Position numbers and translations under genes: made by a program
The notes under the pieces: model-generated
Seen by the model: the letters and a program-made list of their open reading frames with translations, nothing else
What the model was told of the DNA's origin: nothing
The model's database searches: none
Shown here: one piece after another, positions 24,282-36,621 of the stretch
Layout: every line of letters starts with the position of its first letter
Position numbering within the stretch: the first letter of the stretch is position 1
Origin: Cyanophora paradoxa CCMP329
Taxonomy: Eukaryota > Plantae > Glaucophyta
DNA: 64,000 bases
Assembly: GCA_004431415.1 (NCBI GenBank)
Contig: QPMI01000590.1
Location: 62,001-126,000, forward strand
Direction of reading: 5' to 3'

Positions 24282-24727
24282 TGGTGTGTGCCCGGCGGGC
24301 GAAGCCCGCCGGCCCCACCTTCTAATTTCCCTAAGCCTTGATCGCTGCACTTACCAGCGATCGCTGTACCCCTCTTCCCGCGACGGTACCCCGATCACGG
24401 GAGCAGGACTAGCCTGAGGTTCCCGCCTGACGGCACGAACCTGGGGGTACAGCATTTTCTCCCAACTCGCAGTAGCTCGTTAGAAAAAAGCACTTGATGT
24501 CGACCCCTGGGGAAGCATCAGCCGGTATCCTCGGCTTGAGAGGACTGATAAACCGTGATTTCAACACGGTGGAAGGCCCTCTCCGGTTCGCGTCGCGAAC
24601 CGTGCTCCCCAACTGCAAAGTAGACAGAAACGCAGTTGATGGTAGAGAAAAGTGAAATATTCTAGTGTGTTCAAATAATCTAGTACATCTCGAGTACGGC
24701 GAAAAAGCACGTGAGGCCACGCATAAA
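24282..24727 (+). repeat. Split direct repeat B2 (right terminus of the element)
   Basis: Copy of 23082-23527. Confidence 0.95.
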
Positions 24728-25189
24728 AATGCCCTTCCCCGGACCCAACTGACGCGCGCGGCAAGTCAGTGGCCCTTTTATATTGCTTCTTGTAAGCTGA
24801 CCGTCGGACGAGGCGTTCATGTGCATGGTGGAAATGAAACTTGAAAATCATGAAAATCACACGATATCGATATCTATCTCACTACATAAATATGCTTGTC
24901 CACATGATTTACATCTCAGTAATATAGTACAGATCCGTGCGCATCGCGATTGAATGCGGAATTAAACTAGCTCTAATCTGACAGGACGGACTAAAATCGT
25001 TGAAATGCACGCAATGCCGCGATATCGATGTACACGTGTGTTTAATAGAAACGTTAACCCTCCCTATAGCTAGGCCTGCAGCGGCCACTTAACAGGAGTA
25101 CTTGCAATCGCAAACTTGAAAATCTAGTGCACCGATTCATCTATACTACGGGACGAGCCTGCGTGCGGCGCGTCGCGCGCGGTCCGGCG

Positions 25190-28100
25190 CTAGCCGGCCT
25201 GGATCTCGCTGACGCTGGAGCTGGCCATGGGGTGGACGGCGCCGGTGCCGGCGCCGGCGCGGGCGAGGCCGAAGAGGCGGGAGAAGAGGCCCGGGGCGCG
25301 GGCGGGGCGGGAGGCGCGGAGCTCGGCGAGGGCGGCGACGATGCGGGAGATGCGGGGGCAGTCGGCGGGGAAGGCCTCGGGGAAGCGCGTCCGGTAGATC
25401 TGCGCCGCCGTCGCCAAGTGGCCCGCCGCCTTCGCCTCCTTCCCTGCGCCCCGCCCGCCCCACCCGCGTCAGCGGCCGCGATCAGCGCTCCTCGGCCCCA
25501 GCCCCGCTGAATTGATCTCGCTCTGCTGTCATCAGCGGTGCGGCGGGGCGCACGGAGGGTAAGGTAAGTCTCGCCGAGCCAGAAGTGGTAGTGGGCCGTC
25601 AGCGGCGTCCGCATCTCCGGGTCGTTCCTCTGCGAACGAAGCGAGGCTCGCGGTCGCGGGCGGGGCGCCGGCGGGGGCGGGGCGCCGGCGCACGACGGAG
25701 GCGGCGAGGCCGAGGATGGTCCATTGGAGGATCGTCTTCGGCTTCACCATGTCCGAGTGCGTGCTGTGCGCCCCTCAGCAGAGCTCCACGGCGTCTATTA
25801 TTTAATGCCCGCTCAAAACATGTATATATATATACATTGCATGCTATAAAAACCAGATTTCAATATCCTTAGCACAGGATGATCTGATCATGAGTCTGCA
25901 CTTGCAATTGTCGGGCTCTCTAGATTTGGAGCGCGGCTCACGTGCATCTACTAATATGACCGATATCGCTAGCGCTGGGGGCCGAGGAGGGGCGGGCGGC
26001 GGGGCGCACTTGCGGACGGAGAGGTTGGCGTTGACGTCGTTCTCGGGCAGCGCGGGGTCCCCCAGCGCGACCAGCTGCACCGCACCGCAGCGCCCGCTCG
26101 GTCGGTCCCTCGGTCCCTCCCGCGCGCCCGGCGGGCACGGGCACCTGCTGCACGACCGCCTGCCAGACGCGCCTCGCATCCGCCAGCCGCGAGGGGCCCG
26201 CCATGATCAGGTTGAAGAACTGCCGCGGCGAGGCGCTCAATGTCGAGCGGGGCGCCGGGCGGCCGCGGGGCCGGCGCACGTGCATCGTCCGCATCCGAAT
26301 GGTGACCGTCCTGCACGCGCCGACGGCATCGAATCAGACGGGACGGACAGGCGAGCTCGCGTGCAGGGGGACGGGGACTCGAAGGGGGCGGACGTGTAGC
26401 CGGGCCCGAGCTGCTCGAGGATGGCGAGGGCGCGCTCCGAGGCCGCGATCGCCCCCTGCAGGTCCCCCCGCCACCGGCACGCCCCCACTGCCCGCCCCCG
26501 CCCCGCCCCGGCCCCCGCGATCAGCTGCAGGTCACGAGCAGTTGCAAGGACCCGAGCGGAAGGGAATTCGCGTCGAGGAATTTAACGGCGCGCATGCGCA
26601 AAACTTTTTCGAGATTGTCCACACTCTAAAGCTCGCGATCGAGAGAGTGTGGGCGTCGGTCGTCCTAGGCCTAGGCGTGCTGGAGCTCGAGGCCGTCCTG
26701 TGGCGCGCGCACCGCGGGTGAAGAGAGCGAGGTACTGCGAGTAGCGCGCCTCGGGGCTCTCCCCCTCCAGGTGGTACGCCTTCTCCGCCACTGCCCCCGG
26801 CCCGCCGATCGCAAAAGTCGATCAGAAACAACGAGGAGGTCGTCGCAAGGAGTGCATGCGCAGGCGCTCGGGATCTAGATTAGGCCTGCGGCAGTGGGGC
26901 GCCGCACCGTGCATCGCGGAGCGCGTCTGCCCCGTGGTGACTGCGGGTTCAGAGGGCGTGAGCGCGCGTGCCGGCCGGGGGCGGCGCCGACGGGAGGGGC
27001 CGGCGGGGCCGCGGGGCCGCCGGGGCGCACAGAGGAGCTCGGTTAGGGGGGGGATGAGGGCCGCCTCGAGGGCCGAGGGGGTCATCTGCCGCTTCACGAG
27101 CTCCGCCCACGCCTGCGCCCCGGCCCCGCACGAGCGTTGACGTCGAGCGCTCATTGCATATTCGCGCGGGAGAGGGGCCGGCGGGCCTCGAAGTAGAGCC
27201 CGATGGCGTCCATCTTCTTCTCGTACTGCTCCCCCGGCGTCGGCCCCGGCCGGAGCGCTGGGCGGGGCGGGGCGGTGGCGGGGCGGGCGGACGCGGTCGA
27301 GGGTCATGGCGCAGAAGAGGAGGGCCTTGGGGCGGAGGGCGCCCTCCGCCGCCCCCAGCTCCCCGCCCAGCAGCTGCACGCGCCCCACCAGCTGCGCCCC
27401 GCCCCGAAGCTCGGCGACGCTCTCACGGCCCCGGCCCGCAGCCCAACGCCGCGCCGCCGAGCTTCTTCGCGCACGCACGCGGGCGGCGAGGTCCAGCGGA
27501 GGGCGAAGAGGTCGTCGGCCGCGCGCGCCCGCTCCGCCGTGAACGCCTGCCCGCCCCGCCCGCCGCCCCGCGTCGGCCCCCAGCCCCCCGGGCAGGCCGC
27601 CGCGAGGCGCAGGGGCGAATTTTGAAGAAGCGCGGTAAGAAGCTCTTTATATAGCTAGACGATTTAAAGGCATCCTGGAAATCTTAGAGGAGACGAGCTC
27701 GTTGAGCTGGGGCGCGTGGAGCGCGGACCAGGACGAGGGCGGTGGCGTGGTCGACCATGAGCTCCGCCTCGGCCGGCGTCCACGCGGCCGGCGGGGAGCG
27801 CTGCAGGGCCGCCACCAGCGCCCGCACCACGCCCTGCGCCTGCCCCGCCCTCCCCCTCGCCCTCGGGAGCTCGAGGGGGCCGGCGGCCGGGGCGCACCAT
27901 CCCGGGCTTCCCGACGGCGCGCATCGCGGCGAGCATGGCGCGGACGGCCGTGCGCCCCGCGAACGTGCGGAAGAGGCTCGTGCCGAGCAGCCGCGCGTCA
28001 GAGAGCGCCTGCGGCCGTCATGACCAGGCCGCCCTCGAATTTAATTTCGGCAATTGCAAGCGCCAGAGGGCGCACCGCCGCGAGCCGCTCGGCGAGCTCC

Positions 28101-28748
28101 ATGGGCGGCCGCTCGCCGCTGCGGGTTCGAATTCGCTCGGGTCGGAGACCTCGGAGCCGGCGGGGCGCGCTGGCGGCGGGGCGGCACACACACACCTGCG
28201 GACCTCCCGCACGAAGACGTCGCCCACGGCCTCCACCTGCGCCCGCAGCGCCGCCGCCGCCGCGTCGTCCCGCATGACGTACGGCGGCAGCGAGCCCGAC
28301 TGCCCGACGGGAAGCGCGGTAAGCGGCGCGGGAGGGCCGGCCGGGGACCTCGAGCTCTGGGCCTGCGCCCGGGCCGAGGGACGGGCGCGGGCGGGGTGGG
28401 CACCGGCTGCCGGAGGAGGCGCTGCTGGGCCTCGAGGTCCATCGGGGCCGCCTCGGGGAGCGGCGCGCCGTGCTCGGGCGTGGTGTTCGCCGCCGCCGCC
28501 GCGAGCTCGAGCGCCGTCGTCCCCGCGACGTGCATCACCCGGTCCAGGAACTCCGCGTCGTCCTCCGTGTCGCCGGACGTCGACGCGCTCAAGTTCGCAG
28601 TCGGCTCGATCTCCCTCGTCGCCACTTGCAGCATCCCTGCCGGCGCGCGCGCGGGCGCGCGTGCGTCGATCGTCGGCCGCGGCGGCGCGAGGCCGAGGGG
28701 CCGGCCCGGCGGCCGCGGCACCTTCGATGTCCGGGCCCCGTTCGGCAT
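25190..28748 (-). CDS. Uncharacterised helical-repeat (TPR-like) protein, family member 3 (multi-exon; start uncertain)
   Basis: Exons DARLLGTSLF.., MVDHATALVL, GRVQLLGGEL..RPKALLFCAMTLDR/YEKKMDAIGLYFE/AWAELVKRQMTPSALEAALIP and ACRWRGDLQGAIAASERALAILEQLG closely parallel the 2419-5334 gene, with several matching intron positions. Stop at 25190-25192. Confidence 0.72.
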
Positions 28749-31501
28749 CCTGGTGCTCGAGCTCCTCGGGCTCGCCACGCGCGGCGTGCGAGTGCGCGTG
28801 CCCCGCCATGCCCCGTTGTAATATAATTTAGGCTCGCTGACGCTGAGGCCTTCTGGACTTGGCTCGAGCGTGGAACGGTCCCAATTGCAACGCGCACTTG
28901 GAAGGCCCGCACTGCGGCAGCTGGTAACGCGAGTGGCTCTAGATCTGAAGTCTGGTGCCGGTCACCGAGCACAAATACGGGACGCGCCGGGTCGACGCGT
29001 TTGCTCGAGCTCCGGTCCCCGGGCCGCTGCTCGGCCTGCGACCCTAGGCCTGCCCTGCCCGATCGCGACCGCAGCGCTTTCGACGAGCTACCGGTAGCTG
29101 ATCACTGATGCCATGATGATCAGAGCCTTCTGATCAGAGCCGCCGCGGCGCAGTGCGCACGTCCATTAATATTGCAGAAGCAGCCTAGGCCTGAGGAGTC
29201 TGCTGCAGGACTCCACGTTAACGGGTTTCTTTGCCGGCGTACCCCCAGCTATCACTGAACTTGTCATGACTCATGATCAGTCACATCATCAGTGTTGTCA
29301 CTACTTGTCAGTGTAACTTGTCACTGAAGTTGTCAGCCTGGCAGACGGACTCAGCTGCAGAGACCCTAGGTGAGGCTAGGTCCCGAACTATATATTATAC
29401 ACTGTATCATCTGTATGGGTGGTTGAGTTCGACCTCGAAGCCTCCAAGGAGGTCGAGTCTTTTTTCAAATCACTTTCAAGTCTATTTTCTGAAATGTACA
29501 AAAAATCCATGGGTCCGCCCAATAAGAGGCTAAGAAATAGGTGAGAAATTGCCAATTTTTTGCAAGCTTTTAAGAGACTGCTAAGATCCTATCCGTTCGG
29601 ACCCCACAGCCAATCAAAAGCCCTCTCTTTGTACCGAGTACCTTCTCGTTCCGTGAATCGCCGCCAATCGCAAGCGCGCCTCCATTCTCCGTGCACGAAC
29701 GACGAACGACGAACGATCGCGGCGTGCGTCGCGTGCAGAGATGGTATTCCGAATTAACCCAAAAATGGACCATTTCGGAAACGTTTCCGAAATATTTCGG
29801 AAATATTTCCGAAATATTTCCGATATCAGGGGCCCCTCCCGAGGGCCCTTCTGCTGATGCCTGACGCTCCCTTTAACCTTCTTATGCTTTCTCTTATTGG
29901 TAACAGTCCAGTTTCGTGTCTTCCGGATCATCAGAACATGCGACAGTACAAAAGGGAAATTCACACCTCGTACCCCCTGCCAGCCTTGTTGGCGGCTGAG
30001 TTCCGGTTCTAGACGTCTACGATAGACTCCTATCGTGTTGTATAACCTTTCTATCACGTTTCCTATCATTTTAATGCGTTGTTTCGCCGTGTTTCGTGCA
30101 GAATGTGGCAAAAGGAGGGTACCCCCCTTTTTTAGAAACAATTCCTAATTAGGGGGGTCTCTCGGGACCTTTTCGGAAACAATTTCGAAATTGATTTCGA
30201 AATTGTTTACAAGCCCACACTCACGTGTGGTAAGCCCTGCCAATGCATGCCTGCTCGCTCAGCCTCCCTGTCTGTCTGCCTGATGGGGCTTAGATGGCTG
30301 CCTGCGGGTCCACGCCGCCAGTGAGCCCCCCCATGAGCTGCCAGGCTGCATGCCTCTGCCTCGCCCTGAGAGCCTCGCCGCCGCCCGTGGGGCCTCCACT
30401 CTGTCCACCAAGCCGCTGAGCCACGCCGCCAGGCCACCGCGCTCCGAGGCTGCACCCCACCCGGCGAGCCATGGCGCTGCGGCGCCCGGCGGCTGCCCCG
30501 CGCGCCTCCGCTCTGCCCGGCGAGCCACGCCGCCGCCCCTGGTGCCTCCGCCCCGTCCACCAAGTCACGCCGCCAGGCCGCTGCGCTCCGAGGCTGCGCT
30601 CCGCCTGGCGAGCCAGCGCCCCCGGGCCCGCCGCCACGTGCACGTGCACCTTATTCACCGCAGCGATATATTGGTACCGGCCGGGGTCGATGGAGGTCGA
30701 GCTCGAGCTCGAGGTTAGAGATATTAATATATATATATATATATATATATATTGGTTGGTGGAGCTCGAGCTCGAGGTGAAATCTAGGGGGGGATATATA
30801 TATATATATATCCCCCCTAGATCTCCAAATTTGGTGTCGACTGGGTTCTTGTGCTCTTCGAATTCGGCCCCCAGAGAGCTTGCGCAAAGCTTGGAAAAGC
30901 TCTAAAATGATTAATGTATGGATGGGCATGCGTGAGGATGCGAGGGCGCGCGGAAAGATGGGCAGGTTCGTCAAGGATCGAATTCTCGGGGTCGGCTGGG
31001 TCCTCGCGGCCCAGCGCATCTGCAAAGCGCGCGGAAGGGTTTGTCTATATCTCAAATGCTTATACTATTGTTCCGCGCATGCGCCGCGGCGTGGGCGCGC
31101 GGAAAGATGTCCAGGGCTGTGCAGGATCGAATTTTTGCCGAACGGGAGCCTTCCTGCGCTGTTCCGGCCCCGAAAACCGGATATCTGGAGTGCGCAAGCC
31201 GTGCTATGTCTATGCGCGCGAGAACGCATCGATTGCGCGCGTCGCGGGACAGGGCGGGACCGGCTGGGTCAAAGTTTCGGCCGATTCTTCGCACTGGAGT
31301 CTCGACGGCGCCCGAAATCGAGCTTGCAGCGGTGCGCACGCCCTTGGCTCTCATTCTGTACCGCTCTGGGGGGTTTCTGGTGCGCTTTCGTCGCGGGACC
31401 GGGCGGGACCGGGTCCCACATTTTGGGATTTCGTGATCGAAGCGGGGTATAAATATCGGAATCGATCTGCGAGAGAAATTCGATTTTCGCTCGACGCCCA
31501 C

Positions 31502-31681
31502 GGGAGAGCGGTCGTCTTAGGGAAGCCAGGATCGAAATTGATTCATGACAGCTCTCGAGATTGCAGCGTACAAGTTCGAGATAAGATCCATGGGAGAGCG
31601 GTCGTCTTAGGGAAGCCAGGATCGAAATTGATTCATGACAGCTCTCGAGATTGCAGCGTACAAGTTCGAGATAAGATCCAT
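31502..31681. repeat. Perfect 90-bp tandem duplication
   Basis: gggagagcggtcgtcttaggg...gataagatccat starts at both 31502 and 31592. Confidence 0.9.
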
Positions 31682-34371
31682 GAGACAGGGTCGATGGAAA
31701 GTTGCGTGACGTCATCGTCGAGGTAAGTGCGTGAATTGATTCAGGACGAGTACTGGGCGAACACGTGGGACGGACGTAACCTGGAAGTTACAGGAATTTC
31801 GCTCGCCGAGGGCTAGGAGATCTAGAGTGTTGAGGGGAGGGGCGAGGTTCTCGTGGCCAGGCGCATGCGCAGAGCTTATAAATCGCTTAAACAGAATCTT
31901 GGATGCGTACAGGATCGATATCCAGGGCTGCGGAGGCGAGGGCGCGCGGAAATATGTGAAGGCCTGTCCAGGATCGAAATTTTCGCGTCGGCTGGGTTCT
32001 CGTGCTCTGTCGCGGCCGCAGAACTTGCGAAAGGCTTCGTTTAGATCTCAAATGATTACTCTAGCGTTGGACATGGGTGAGGACGCGAGGACGCGCGGAA
32101 AGATGCACAGGTCCGTCCAGGATCGAATTTTCGGGGACGGCTGGGTCCTCGCAGCCCGGCGCATTTAGAGACCGTGCGGAAAGCTTCTTCTACATCTCAA
32201 ATGCTTATACTATTGCTCTGCGCATGCGCCGCGGCGTTGGCGCGCGGAAAGGTGCCCGGGGCTGTGCAGGATCGAATTTTTGATGTCGGACACCTTCCTG
32301 CGCTGTGCCGGCTCCGAAAAGCGGATATCTGGAGTGCGCAGGCCGTGCTATGTCTATGCGCGCCAGTACGCATCGATTGCGCGCGTCGTGGGACCGGTCG
32401 GAACCGGCAGGATCGAAATTTCGGCCGGCTCTCTGGACTGGAGCTTCGAGGGCGGCCGAAATCGAGCTTGTCGCGATGCGCGCGCTCTTGGCTGTCATTC
32501 TGACCGCTCTGGGGCGTCCCTGGCGCGCTTTCGTCGCGGGACCGGGTCCCACTTTTTGGAGTTTCGCGATCGAGGCGGGGTATAAATACCGGAATCGATC
32601 CATGAGGGAAATTCGATTTTCGCCCGACGCCCAAGAGGGGAGCTATGAGTACGGAAATAAATCAGTGGAGGTTGGCCGACTGTCAGTTCTACTGTGTCAC
32701 GTCGGAGACCGTTCGCCTTCATTGCGGAGGTTGCGACTCTGGACGCTCGGACCAATCGGACTCGAGTGGAAAAAAAATAAATGGGCACGTTCACCATCGA
32801 TCAACGGACAAGATCCGTGCTCCTGCGGAGCACTAAGTACGGCGAAGCCTCGCGGACGCCCTCGCGGCTGTCACAGTAGGCCTATAGGGCACTGGCCAGC
32901 GGCCTGGCCGATCGCGAACAGCTTTCTGGTTGGAAGCTGGCCGGCTGACGGCCAGTCCAGCTACCGCTGGCCGGCTAGAGGAATATAACTAGAGGAATAT
33001 TAATGTACTGAGGAAATAAAGGGAGGCCGGAGCAGGTTGAGATTAGAGGAGATGAATTATATATAATATTGTTGAGAGGGAGGCCCGGGAGGGGCAAGGT
33101 TCTCGCGGCCAGGCGCATGCACAGAGCTTGCGAATCGCTTAAACAGAATCTTGAATGCATATAGCTATAGCATCGATGTGCGGGGCTGCGGAGCTCGAGG
33201 CGAGGGCGCGCGGAAAGATGTGCAGGTCCATGCAGGATCGAATTTTCGGGGTCGGCTGGGTCCTCGCGGCCCGTCGCATACGCAAAGCGTGCGGAAGACT
33301 TTGCCTACATCTTAAATGCTTATGCTATCGTTCCGCGCATGCGCCGCGGCGTGGGCGCGCGGAAAGATGTCAGGGCGCGTGCAGGATCGAATTTTGGCCG
33401 TCGGGTACCTTCCTGCGCTGTTCCGGCTCCGAAAAGCGGATTTCGGGGGTGCGCAGGCCCTGCTATGTCCATGCGCGCCAGTACGCATCGATTGCGCGCG
33501 TCGCGGGACCGGGCGGGACCGGCTAGCGCTGGATCAAATTTTCGGCCGACTCTTCGCACTGGAGCGTCGACGGCGCTTGAAATCGAGCTTGCGGCGATGC
33601 GCTCGCCCTCGCGCGGCATTCTGTATCGTTCTGGGGCGTCCCTGGCGCGATTTCGTCGCGGGACCGGGCGGGACCGGGTCCCACCTTCTGACTCGGACTG
33701 CATTTGTCGGAGGTTAAGTACCGGAATTGATCCAGAGGGAAATTCGATTTTCGCGCGACGCCCACGGGCGAGCGGTCGTCTTAGGGGAGCCACGACGCTA
33801 AAAATGGATCTAGAGAGGTCTGTGGGGGTTAGGGTAGCTGAGTCATTAGCGGCAATCGCGTCCGTGTCGAGGCAGAATTAATAATTCGTCCTCGAGGGAG
33901 TGCGACGCGGAAATTATTTAGCAGGGGGGATCTTGAGTGGAAAAAAAGGTTAAAAAAGGAATTTATATCGGCGGTTTTTGGGTTTGAGACAAGATCCGTG
34001 CTCCTGCGGAGCACTAAGTACGGCGAAGCCTCGCGGACGCCCTCGCGGCTGTCACAGTAGGCCTACAGGGCACTCACCGACTGCCAGGCTGGCCAGCGGC
34101 CTGGCCGATCGCGAACAGCTTTCTGGCTGGAAGCTGGCTGGCTGACGGCCAGTCCAGCTAGCGCTGGCCGGCTAGAGGAATATTAATGTACTGAGGAAAT
34201 AAAGGGTGGAGCAGATTGAGAGGAGATTAATAATATAATATTGTTGGGAAGGAGGCCCGGGAGGGGCGAGGTTCTCGCGGCCAGGCGCATGCACAGATCT
34301 CGCGAATCGCTTAAACAGAATCTCGAATTCGAATTCATATAGCATCGATGTGTAGGGCTGCGGAGGCGAGG

Positions 34372-35300
34372 GCGCGCGGAAAGATGTGCAGGCGTGGCCA
34401 GGATCGAATTTTTGCGTCGGCTGGATTGCCGCGCCCTGTTGCGTCCGCAGAGCTTGCGAAAGGCTTTTAAAACATCTCTGATGAATATTGTAGCGATGCC
34501 CGTGCGTGAGGATGCGAGGGCGCGCGGAAAGATGTGCAGGTCTGTCCAGGATCGAATTTTCGGGGTCGGCTGGGTCCCCGCGGCCCGGCGCATCCGTAAA
34601 GCGAGCGGAAGGCTTCTTCTACATCTCAAATGCTTATGCTATTGTTCCGCGCATGCACCGCGGCGTGGGCGCGCGGAAAGATGTCCGGGTCCGTGCAGGA
34701 TCGAATTTTTGCTGCCGGCTGGGTTCTCGTGCTCTTTCGCGTCTTCGAAGCTTGTGGAAGGCTTTGATAAAATCCCAAATGAATATAGTAGCGATGTGCT
34801 TGCGTGAGGATGCGAGGGCGCGCGGAAAGACGTGCAGGTCCGTGAAGGATCGAATTTTCGGGGTCGGCTGGGTCCTCGCGGCCCGGCGCATCCGTAAACC
34901 GTGCGGAATGCTTTGTCTACATCTCAAATGCTTATGCTATTGTTCCGCGCATGCGCCGCGGCGTGGGCGCGCGGAAAGATGTCCGGGTCCGTGCAGGATC
35001 GAATTTTTGCCGTCCGCTGGGTTCTCGTGCTCTTTCGCGTCTTCGAAGCTTGTGGAAGGCTTTGATAAAATCTGAAATGAATATTGTAGCGATGCGCATG
35101 CGCGAGAATGCGAGGGCGCGCGGAAAGATGTTCAGGTCCGTCCAGGATCGAATTTTCGGGGTCGGCTGGGTCCTCGCGGCCTGGTGCATTTAGAGACCGT
35201 GCGGAAGTCTTCTTCTACATCTCAAATGCTTATGCTATCGTTCCGCGCGTGCGCCGCGGCGTGGGCGCGCGGAAAGATGTCCGGGCCCGTGTGGGATCGA
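34372..35300. repeat. ~149-bp tandem array (two alternating monomer types, ~298-bp dimer)
   Basis: Core gcgcgcggaaaga at 34372, 34520, 34669, 34818, 34967, 35116, 35265. Further monomers at ~30946, 31095, 31962, 32092, 32240, 33206, 33355, 35988. Confidence 0.92.
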
Positions 35301-35884
35301 ATTTTTGCCGTCGGGTACCTTCCTGCGCTGTTCCGGCTCCGAAAAGCGGATTTCGGGGCGCGCAGGCCCTGCTATGTCTATACGCGCCAGTACGCATCGA
35401 TTGCGCGCATCGCGGGACCGGCCGGAACCGGGAGGATCACCGAAATCGAGCTTGCGGCGATGCGCTCGCCCTCGCCCGTCATTCTGTATCGTTCTGGGGC
35501 GTCCCTGGCGCGATTTCGTCGCGGGACCGGGCGGGACCGGGTCCCACCTTCTGACTCGGACTGTGTTTGTCGGGGGTTAAGTTCCGGAATTGATCCAGAG
35601 GGAAATTCGATGTTCGCGCGACGTCCACGGGGGAGCGGTCGTCTTAGGGGAGCCAGGACGCTAAAAATGGATCTAGAGGGGTCTGTGGCGGTTCGGGCAA
35701 CTGTGTAATGTCCATCAATCGCGTCCGTGTCGAGGCAGAATTAATAATTCTGCCTCGAGGGAGTGTGACACGGAAATTATTTAGCAGGGGGGATCTCGAG
35801 TGGAAAAAAAGGTTAAAAAAGGAATTTCGCTCGGCGGTTTTTGGGTTTGAGAAAGAGGCTTCGCCTGAAAGAGGCTTCGCCTGA

Positions 35885-36621
35885 TCGGCTGGGTCCTCGC
35901 GGCCCGTCGCATACGCAAAGCGTGCGGAAGACTTTGCCTACATCTTAAATGCTTATGCTATCGTTCCGCGCATGCGCCGCGGCGTGGGCGCGCGGAAAGA
36001 TGTCAGGGCGCGTGCAGGATCGAATTTTGGCCGTCGGGTACCTTCCTGCGCTGTTCCGGCTCCGAAAAGCGGATTTCGGGGGTGCGCAGGCCCTGCTATG
36101 TCCATGCGCGCCAGTACGCATCGATTGCGCGCGTCGCGGGACCGGGCGGGACCGGCTAGCGCTGGATCAAATTTTCGGCCGACTCTTCGCACTGGAGCGT
36201 CGACGGCGCTTGAAATCGAGCTTGCGGCGATGCGCTCGCCCTCGCGCGGCATTCTGTATCGTTCTGGGGCGTCCCTGGCGCGATTTCGTCGCGGGACCGG
36301 GCGGGACCGGGTCCCACCTTCTGACTCGGACTGCATTTGTCGGAGGTTAAGTACCGGAATTGATCCAGAGGGAAATTCGATTTTCGCGCGACGCCCACGG
36401 GCGAGCGGTCGTCTTAGGGGAGCCACGACGCTAAAAATGGATCTAGAGAGGTCTGTGGGGGTTAGGGTAGCTGAGTCATTAGCGGCAATCGCGTCCGTGT
36501 CGAGGCAGAATTAATAATTCGTCCTCGAGGGAGTGCGACGCGGAAATTATTTAGCAGGGGGGATCTTGAGTGGAAAAAAAGGTTAAAAAAGGAATTTATA
36601 TCGGCGGTTTTTGGGTTTGAG
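35885..36621. repeat. ~735-bp apparently exact duplicate of ~33252-33988
   Basis: Same sequence at offset 2633; identical ORF translations appear in the track (33316/35949, 33320/35953, 33339/35972). Confidence 0.92.

Larger units (their letters stand above)
14922..24727 (+). mobile_element. Tyrosine-recombinase retrotransposon (DIRS order, PAT-like, split direct repeats), apparently intact and recent
   Basis: Layout is A1(14922-15477)-ORF1-RT/RH-YR-B1(23082-23527)-A2(23527-24082)-200-bp spacer-B2(24282-24727). The A copies differ by one substitution and the B copies look identical. No target-site duplication. Confidence 0.93.

Noticed and set aside
30209-30235. acaag + hairpin ccacac-tcac-gtgtgg + taag as the missing 3' end of the oldest Helentron-like copy
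   Set aside because: The layout is similar, but the adjacent ggcgaagcctc inverted repeat is absent; insufficient support.
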